In this document: one piece after another, positions 56,108 to 64,000 of the stretch
Layout of the letters: every line of letters starts with the position of its first letter
Position numbering within the stretch: the first letter of the stretch is position 1
From: Chthonomonadales bacterium
GTDB lineage: Bacteria > Armatimonadota > Chthonomonadetes > Chthonomonadales > CAJBBX01
NCBI GenBank assembly: GCA_037443035.1
Contig: JBBIPC010000012.1
Coordinates: forward strand, 36,417 to 100,416
DNA: 64,000 bases
Direction of reading: 5' to 3'
Translations under genes and position numbers: made by a program
Notes under the pieces: generated by a model
What the model was told of the DNA's origin: nothing
Databases searched by the model: none
What the model saw: the letters and a program-made list of their open reading frames with translations, nothing else

Positions 56108-57478
56108 ATGGCGAGCCCTCTCGTCGCTGTTGTCGGCCGCCCCAATGTCGGCAAGTCCACACTGTTCAACCGCCTCGTGCGCCAGCGTCTGGCGATCGTC
56201 GAGGACACACCTGGGGTTACGCGCGACCGACTGTACGCCAACGCTGAGTGGTGCGGCAGAACGTTCACTCTCATTGACACGGGAGGCATCGTTCTCGACA
56301 CTCAGGATCCCCTTGTCGCCCAGGTCCGGCGCCAAGCGGACATTGCCATAGCTGAAGCCGACGCTGTACTCTTCCTCACGGACGCCGAGACCGGCTTGCT
56401 GGCGGCAGACTGGGAGATCGCCGACGTGCTCAGGCGCGCGTCGTGCCCCGTGCTAGTCGTTGCCAACAAGGCCGACACCCGCACGTTGGAGACCGACGCC
56501 ATGGAGTTCCATGCCCTTGGGCTGGGGACGGTTCACCCAGTATCCGCCATCCATGGTCATGGAGTTGCCGATATGCTGGATGCCCTTCTCCAGGTGCTGC
56601 CACCTGTACAGGACGAGGAGTACTCCGACGAAACAGCGCGACTCGCAATTGTCGGTCGCCCCAATGTGGGCAAGTCCTCGCTGACCAATGCTATCGTGGG
56701 CGAGGAGCGCGTCATCGTCAGCCCACTGCCGGGCACAACGCGCGATGCAGTGGACACAGCGCTGGAGCGCGACGGCCAGAAGGCTGTGCTTGTGGACACG
56801 GCTGGCATTCGGCGTGCCGGGAAGATCCAGGGCAGCGTGGAGTACTACACGTTTCTGCGTGCCAGCAGTGCTATCGAACGTGCCAATGTCGGCATCGTCG
56901 TCATTGATGCCACGGCGGGTCTCCTGGACGGCGACAAACGTGTCGCCGGCATGGTGAACGAGGCAGGCAAAGGACTTGTCATCGCCGTGAATAAGTGGGA
57001 CCTTGTGGATCTTCGGTGCGGCGAACACGGCAGGCCGACAAGCTCCGTCGTGCGCCAGTTCTCGGCGCACCTTTCCAGAGAGATGCCGTTCCTGTCGTAT
57101 GCTCCTCAGGTCTACTGCTCGGCGCTTACCGGCATGGGCGTGCTCGACGTGCTCGATACGGCGCTCGAAGCGGCTGCGAACCACTCCTTTCGAATACCCA
57201 CTGGAGAACTGAACCGCATCATCCATGCCGCGGTCGAGGAACGCCCCCGAACCTTTCACGGGCGGCAACTGCGCGTCTATTACGCCACCATGCCACGAGT
57301 CCAGCCCCCGACGGTGGTCCTCTTTGTGAACGATCCGGACCTACTCCATTTCTCCTATCTGCGCTATCTGCAGAACCGTGTGAGGGAAGCGTATCCGTTG
57401 CCCGGCACTCCGATAGTCTTTCGCGCCCGACGTGCCACCGGCACCCTCGACCCCGACGCACCACCCAAGCGAAGATGA
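56108..57478 (+). CDS. der: Ribosome biogenesis GTPase Der/EngA
   Basis: Two GRPNVGKS P-loops, DTGG/DTAG and NKWD motifs. Confidence 0.98.
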   Translation: MASPLVAVVGRPNVGKSTLFNRLVRQRLAIVEDTPGVTRDRLYANAEWCGRTFTLIDTGGIVLDTQDPLVAQVRRQADIAIAEADAVLFLTDAETGLLAADWEIADVLRRASCPVLVVANKADTRTLETDAMEFHALGLGTVHPVSAIHGHGVADMLDALLQVLPPVQDEEYSDETARLAIVGRPNVGKSSLTNAIVGEERVIVSPLPGTTRDAVDTALERDGQKAVLVDTAGIRRAGKIQGSVEYYTFLRASSAIERANVGIVVIDATAGLLDGDKRVAGMVNEAGKGLVIAVNKWDLVDLRCGEHGRPTSSVVRQFSAHLSREMPFLSYAPQVYCSALTGMGVLDVLDTALEAAANHSFRIPTGELNRIIHAAVEERPRTFHGRQLRVYYATMPRVQPPTVVLFVNDPDLLHFSYLRYLQNRVREAYPLPGTPIVFRARRATGTLDPDAPPKRR

Positions 57479-60400
57479 CCGAGCCGTACCGACCCGCGGA
57501 TCAGCTTACCAATGACGAACTCGAGCGAGCGGGCTTCGCAGATCCAATGCGGGCAAGACGCCTCTTCCTGGGCCTCGCGGGGCAGGGTGTCACGGACGAC
57601 GACGTCGCCCAGCTTCTGCCGTCTCTGCTCTCGGCGCTGACCGAGTGTCCCGATCCCGACCGATCGCTTGCCAACTTCGCCCGCTGGTTCGATGCTCTAG
57701 GCAATCGAGCCACTTATGTCCGCTACCTACGGCATCATCCGGCTGGCGTTCGCATTCTGATCCACATCGGAGCCACCAGCCAGTTTCTGGCGGACATCCT
57801 CGCCCGCAACCCCGAGTACGCCGAGATCCTCGTCAATCCTAGCGTCCGGAGTGGTGCCAAACCAGCGGACCAGCTCCATCGCGAGCTTTCGGCCCTCGTG
57901 GGTCGCATCAGCCAACTCGAGCTGAAGCTGGAAGCCATGCGGCGATTCCGGCAACGGGAGGTCCTCCGCATCGCCTCACGGGACTTGCTGGGTCTTGCCG
58001 ACATGCCGACGACCGCCGAGGAGTTCTCCAACCTCGCGGACACGTGTGTCCAGATATGCCTGCAGCTTGCCGAGGCTGACGTGCACGAGAAGCGCCCCGA
58101 TCTTCCACATGCGCGGCTGGCCGTCATCGCTCTGGGTAAGCTCGGAGGCTGGGAACTCAACTACTCGAGCGACATTGACCTCGTATTCGTCTGCGAGGAT
58201 ACGCAGGACACGGGCCCGAACTCGGTTCTGGAGACCGCCACGCGCACCGCCGAACGAGCGATCGCCTTCTTGGCTCGAGAGGGGCAGAGCGGACACTTGT
58301 TCCGGGTTGATACACGTCTCCGTCCCGAAGGACGCTTCGGGCCTCTCGTGCGCACACTGTCATCGTACCGCACCTACTACGAGAACTGGGCGGAGACCTG
58401 GGAGCGACAGGCGCTCCTGAAAGCGCGCTTCGTCGCTGGGGATAGCAGGCTTGGAGAAGCGTTTCTGGACATGCTCGTTCCCTACGCGTTTCCGCGGCTT
58501 CTGACCGAAGCATTACTCACCGATATTCGCCATAACAAGCGACGAATGGAGGAGCCCCATCGCCGGTCCCACAATCCATCCTCGAACGTCAAGACGGGGC
58601 TGGGCGGCATTCGGGACATTGAGTTCACGGTACAGCTTCTGCAGATGCGGACAGGCGCTCGCGATCCACTGGTTCGCACACCGAATACGCTTACGGCGAT
58701 CTCTCGTCTGCGCCAGGCGGGACTGCTCACCCACACCGATGCCACTGCCTTGACAGACGCCTACATCTTTCTCCGTAACGTCGAGCACCGACTTCAGCTC
58801 CTGTACGACCGCCAGACCCAGGAACTGCCGGCCAATGCCCACGAGATCACACTGCTCGGTCGCAAGCTCGGCTTCCCTGACGGCGACGCGTTCCTCGCGC
58901 AGTATCACGGCACAGCGACGGTTGTGCGCGAGATTCACGAGCGGATCTTCTACGGAGCCCCTGAGAGAGATACACCCGCCGATGATGATTGGCGCGCCGA
59001 ACTCCTGGCGCTGGGAGCACCAGATGACGAGCTGGCGCCCAGAGCGGCACGTGATGCTGCGGCGTTGGCTGCGAAGCTCCAGGCGGAGGGCTTCCTGGAA
59101 CCAGAACGTGCGGTCCAGTTCATCGGCGCTGCCCTGTTCGGCACGGACCACGGTCGCGAGGCACCTGATGCAGTCCAAGCCTTTCGTGCACTCGCCCCAC
59201 GTCTGTTACAGGAATGCGCTCACTCTCCAGACCCCGACTCGGCTCTCATGGGCATGAGCCTGCTGGCCGATACCAGCCCCAACCGAGCGGAGTGGTATCG
59301 TGCCCTTACCGCAGCGCCCGATCTTCTCCGGCGTCTCGTGAGACTGGCTGCCGGTAGCCGCACTCTCATCCAGACCGTTGTCCGACACCCGGAGTGGATC
59401 GATTTGCTGGCCAGCGAAGAGATCGCCGCCAGAGAAGCCAAGCCCCGCTCGGCCTTCTTCGAGGAGCTGACAGAACGCCTCGCTTCTCGCGGTTCGTCAC
59501 GCGTTCGCGGGGCGCAGCCTATCGCTGGTAACCACGCACGCGCCTCGCAGGATGAGTCTGTTACCGAGCGAATACTGGATACGTTGGCCCTCTACTGTCA
59601 ACGAGAACGCTTGCGTATCGGTGCCAGGGATATGTGGGGCGAGACATCGGCAGCGGCCGTGTCTGCCGAACTATCCTATCTCTCGGATGCTGCGTTGGAC
59701 GTTCTCTTGCATCACGCGGCTCGCACCACCGCGAGCCGTCTCAGCGCCGATGCCGCGACCATTATGGATAACCTCGCAGTGTTCGGCCTCGGCAAACTAG
59801 GCGGTCTGGAGTTATCGTTCTACTCTGACCTGGACGTGCTCTTCGTCTGCAGCGATGCGGTTCTCACACATGACCGGAGTAGCGCCAGCACCGTGTCACT
59901 CTACGATCTCGTGACTGCGACGGCGGAGCAGATGCTCGAAATGACCCATCTCCTCAAGCAGCGTGGCCTGCCGTTCGACGTAGACGTTCGCCTGCGTCCC
60001 GAAGGCCGCTTCGGACCGCTGGTGGCGTCGCTTTCGCAGTTCGAGTCCTACTTCGGCACTCGGGCGGAGACATGGGAGCGGCAGACGCTGGTGAAGGCAC
60101 GGTTCGTTGCTGGAAGCGCCGGTGTTGGCGCTAGGTTCCTGACGCTGTGCCATGGGTTCGTCTTCGACAGCCAGTTCGGCGAACAGGACCGCGATGCCAT
60201 GCGTAGCATGAAGCAGCGACTCGAGAACGAACGTCTCCGTCCGGATGACCGCTGGGTGGACATCAAGCTGGGCCACGGTGGACTGAGCGACATCGAGTTC
60301 TTGACGCAGCTCTGGCAACTCCGCTTCGGTCGGACATATACGGATGTTCGAGCAACACGAACCATAGATGCACTGGACGCACTCGCTTCCGTTGGGGCGA

Positions 60401-60678
60401 TAGCGGCTCCGGATGCCGAACGGTTGAGCAGCAACTACAGGTTCCTGTCACGCCTAAGAAGCCGCCTGGCGCTCTTGTCCGGGCAAGCTGTCGACAAGTT
60501 TCCCGACGACGCACGACGTGCCCGTGCCCTGGCCATCGGCTTCGGAGCGACGGACACGCGAACGGAGAAAGCCGAAGACGTCTTCCGCCGGAGGTTCTTG
60601 GCTCGCATGGAGGAGTCCCGCCGGATCTTCGAGCGGCTTTTCTACGGGGAGTCTCGGGGAAAGGGGGCACGAGGGTGA
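57475..60678 (+). CDS. glnE: Bifunctional glutamine synthetase adenylyltransferase/deadenylase
   Basis: Duplicated GKLGG.EL...SD.D, D.RLRPEG, WERQ and K.G.GG..DIEF motifs; ATGA overlap with der. Confidence 0.95.
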   Translation: MTEPYRPADQLTNDELERAGFADPMRARRLFLGLAGQGVTDDDVAQLLPSLLSALTECPDPDRSLANFARWFDALGNRATYVRYLRHHPAGVRILIHIGATSQFLADILARNPEYAEILVNPSVRSGAKPADQLHRELSALVGRISQLELKLEAMRRFRQREVLRIASRDLLGLADMPTTAEEFSNLADTCVQICLQLAEADVHEKRPDLPHARLAVIALGKLGGWELNYSSDIDLVFVCEDTQDTGPNSVLETATRTAERAIAFLAREGQSGHLFRVDTRLRPEGRFGPLVRTLSSYRTYYENWAETWERQALLKARFVAGDSRLGEAFLDMLVPYAFPRLLTEALLTDIRHNKRRMEEPHRRSHNPSSNVKTGLGGIRDIEFTVQLLQMRTGARDPLVRTPNTLTAISRLRQAGLLTHTDATALTDAYIFLRNVEHRLQLLYDRQTQELPANAHEITLLGRKLGFPDGDAFLAQYHGTATVVREIHERIFYGAPERDTPADDDWRAELLALGAPDDELAPRAARDAAALAAKLQAEGFLEPERAVQFIGAALFGTDHGREAPDAVQAFRALAPRLLQECAHSPDPDSALMGMSLLADTSPNRAEWYRALTAAPDLLRRLVRLAAGSRTLIQTVVRHPEWIDLLASEEIAAREAKPRSAFFEELTERLASRGSSRVRGAQPIAGNHARASQDESVTERILDTLALYCQRERLRIGARDMWGETSAAAVSAELSYLSDAALDVLLHHAARTTASRLSADAATIMDNLAVFGLGKLGGLELSFYSDLDVLFVCSDAVLTHDRSSASTVSLYDLVTATAEQMLEMTHLLKQRGLPFDVDVRLRPEGRFGPLVASLSQFESYFGTRAETWERQTLVKARFVAGSAGVGARFLTLCHGFVFDSQFGEQDRDAMRSMKQRLENERLRPDDRWVDIKLGHGGLSDIEFLTQLWQLRFGRTYTDVRATRTIDALDALASVGAIAAPDAERLSSNYRFLSRLRSRLALLSGQAVDKFPDDARRARALAIGFGATDTRTEKAEDVFRRRFLARMEESRRIFERLFYGESRGKGARG

Positions 60679-61298
60679 GCACTGTCTCGCTCGGCACAAT
60701 CGCTTGCCTCATCGGTTACTTCTTGGGGGGAATCCCATTCGGACTTCTCATCGCACGGCGAGTGGCCGGCATTGACGTCCGCGAACACGGGAGCGGCAAC
60801 ATCGGCGCGACCAATGTCTATCGTGTCGTCGGTTGGAAAGCCGGTTTGATAGTATGGATTCTCGACGTGGGCAAGGGCGTCTTGCCCGTAGTCCTGGCTC
60901 GCTGGTTCGGTGCGGGGTTGGCGTGGCAGGTCGGTAGCGGCCTCGCAGCAGTCGTCGGCCACAGTTTTTCACCCTTCCTGAGGTTCAGGGGCGGCAAGGG
61001 CGCAGCCACAAGCCTTGGCGTCATGCTTGGCATCATGTGGAAAGTGGGCGTCGCCGCATTCGGTGTCTGGGCGGTTGTCCTGTTGCTCTGGGGTTATGTG
61101 TCCCTGGGAACGATTATAGGAGCTGCCGCCCTGACACCACTCACGCTGTGGCTCTACCCCGCTGACTCCGGCCGTCTAGCCTTCGCGATCGCTGCAGGTG
61201 CCCTGACCATCGCGAGGCACCACGGGAACATTCGCAGACTGCTCAGTGGCACGGAAAACCGCTTCGGAAAGCTTGGGCTACTGCGCCGGCGTACGTAG
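60675..61298 (+). CDS. plsY: Glycerol-3-phosphate acyltransferase
   Basis: GSGNIGATN, GHSFSPFL.FRGGKG and RH..NI.RL..GTE motifs. Confidence 0.96.
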   Translation: MSTVSLGTIACLIGYFLGGIPFGLLIARRVAGIDVREHGSGNIGATNVYRVVGWKAGLIVWILDVGKGVLPVVLARWFGAGLAWQVGSGLAAVVGHSFSPFLRFRGGKGAATSLGVMLGIMWKVGVAAFGVWAVVLLLWGYVSLGTIIGAAALTPLTLWLYPADSGRLAFAIAAGALTIARHHGNIRRLLSGTENRFGKLGLLRRRT

Positions 61299-61368
61299 GC
61301 GCGGACAGTCAGGCCACGTTGCCGCTGGGACTCGGATGCTCATTCTCTCGGCCTGCCCGAGAAACACT

Positions 61369-61402
61369 GGAGGGCCGCCTCCCTCTATGGGTGCGACCCT
61401 CC
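61369..61402 (-). terminator. Stem-loop downstream of groEL
   Basis: Minus strand GGAGGGTCGC...GCGGCCCTCC followed by AGTGTTTC. Confidence 0.55.
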
Positions 61403-61425
61403 GTTGCTACGGCCTCGAGCGAATC

Positions 61426-63054
<1,629 letters not shown>

Positions 63055-63062
63055 TCAGCCTC

Positions 63063-63353
63063 CTATTTCTCGAGAACGGCGAGCACGTCGTCCTGCCGCA
63101 GGATTACGTACTCCTCTGCGCCGATCTTGATCTCGGTTCCGCCATACTTGGCGTAGTAGATCGTGTCACCGACTTTCACATTCATTGGCTCCACCTTGCC
63201 GCTGTCCAACAGCTTCCCGGGGCCGACCGCGATGACCTCACCCTTCTGGGGCTTCTCTTTCGCGGTGTCGGGGAGCACGATGCCACCGGCCGTCGTTTCC
63301 TCAGCCTCCATGGGCTTGACAACCAGACGATCTGCCAGAGGTTTCAGCGTCAT
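63063..63353 (-). CDS. groS: Co-chaperonin GroES
   Basis: [23 protein letters not shown] and KYGGTEI motifs. Confidence 0.99.
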   Translation of the reverse strand: MTLKPLADRLVVKPMEAEETTAGGIVLPDTAKEKPQKGEVIAVGPGKLLDSGKVEPMNVKVGDTIYYAKYGGTEIKIGAEEYVILRQDDVLAVLEK

Positions 63354-63423
63354 CCTTGTACCTCCCTTGAACGATGTGATAGGATCTGGGGTAGTTTCCC
63401 CGTCTTCTTGCCCGCCGGGCCGG

Positions 63424-63450
63424 TTAGCACTCCCGGCTGGCGAGTGCTAA
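63424..63450. promoter_or_regulatory. CIRCE element (HrcA operator)
   Basis: Perfect TTAGCACTC-N9-GAGTGCTAA upstream of groES. Confidence 0.98.
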
Positions 63451-63459
63451 TCGGTGCGC

Positions 63460-63489
63460 AGTATACACCCCTGCTGCCAACTATTGCAA
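63460..63489 (-). promoter_or_regulatory. Sigma70 promoter of groESL
   Basis: Minus strand TTGCAA-18 nt-TATACT immediately upstream of CIRCE. Confidence 0.75.
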
Positions 63490-63580
63490 GGGGGTGGACG
63501 GGTGCGTCCGCATCTTACTACGCAGACCGGTGAGACCTAGTGCCTGAGCGATATGGCCCGCGCCAGTTGCGTAATTGCTA

Positions 63581-63610
63581 TTGACACACCATCGTGCCCT
63601 GTGCTATAGT
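63581..63610 (+). promoter_or_regulatory. Sigma70 promoter of tRNA-tuf operon
   Basis: TTGACA-18 nt-TATAGT with extended TG. Confidence 0.8.
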
Positions 63611-63680
63611 TGCCGCGATACTCGGTGGTGCATGTTCCCACCGAGTGTCAGTTTGTATGAGCGCCCGTGGCGCCCACTGT

Positions 63681-63762
63681 GCCGGGTTTCCCGAGTGGCC
63701 AAAGGGGGCTGACTGTAAATCAGCTGCGGAACGCTTCGGTGGTTCGAATCCATCACCCGGCA
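63681..63762 (+). tRNA. tRNA-Tyr(GTA)
   Basis: Acceptor GCCGGGT/ACCCGGC, loop CTGTAAA, long variable arm, GGTTCGAATCC; CCA not encoded. Confidence 0.95.
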
Positions 63763-63809
63763 CTGTCCAACAAGGAACCAGTCCTACCACGCAGAGGGGG
63801 ACTGTGCAG

Positions 63810-63881
63810 GCCCACGTAGCTCAGAGGCAGAGCACTTCTTTGGTAAAGAAGAGGTCATGGGTCCGATTCCCATCGTGGGCT
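63810..63881 (+). tRNA. tRNA-Thr(GGT)
   Basis: Acceptor GCCCACG/CGTGGGC, anticodon stem CTTCT/AGAAG, loop TTGGTAA; sits upstream of tuf. Confidence 0.92.
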
Positions 63882-63958
63882 CGCGAGCCGGTTTACGAAC
63901 GCAATAATCGAGAGGGATGGCGGCTGAGGGACAGGGTGCCGCACTCGGAGGTTAAGGA

Positions 63959-64000
63959 ATGGGAAAGCAGAAGTTCGAGCGCAAGAAGCCGCATGTGAAC
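63959..64000 (+). CDS. tuf: Elongation factor Tu, first 14 codons
   Basis: GGAGGT SD; MGKQKFERKKPHVN. Confidence 0.93.
   Translation, partial: MGKQKFERKKPHVN

Noticed and set aside
56995..57474. N-terminal extension of glnE; similar extensions on trpS (43079) and the hydrolase (19932)
   Set aside because: They overlap upstream genes in another frame; downstream starts have an SD or a stop-start overlap.

Overview
High-GC bacterial chromosomal window. It is most likely Armatimonadota; this is an inference from the prepilin/H-X9-DG protein with the [14 protein letters not shown] signature, the DUF6785-type membrane proteins, and LptA/LptC alongside Firmicutes-like gene order (dnaK-dnaJ-prmA-rsmE, der-plsY) and a CIRCE element. 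Housekeeping genes are murF, ddl, recA, serS, lysA, trpS, rpoZ, dnaK/dnaJ/prmA/rsmE, der, glnE, plsY, groESL, tRNA-Tyr, tRNA-Thr and the start of tuf. Accessory genes are interspersed among them. Top candidates for novelty: (1) two 46-aa paralogous RiPP-precursor-like peptides (25244-25384 and 25552-25692, the second absent from the ORF track) with a conserved YQRPQARLV leader and variable C-x9-C-x6-S core, downstream of a secreted protein carrying a thioester-domain-like insert, with no maturase in the window; (2) a LacI-controlled, PUL-like operon built from a prepilin/H-X9-DG protein, a small membrane partner, a DUF6785 membrane protein and two hydrolases; (3) a NemR-like TetR with matching operators at its own promoter and at the SigW-type promoter of an ECF sigma that has no adjacent anti-sigma, plus ECF-type promoters at the flotillin and Spy-like genes; (4) an internally deleted DUF6785 pseudogene. 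No CRISPR array, transposase or prophage was seen. All family calls come from motif recognition by eye, not from database searches.
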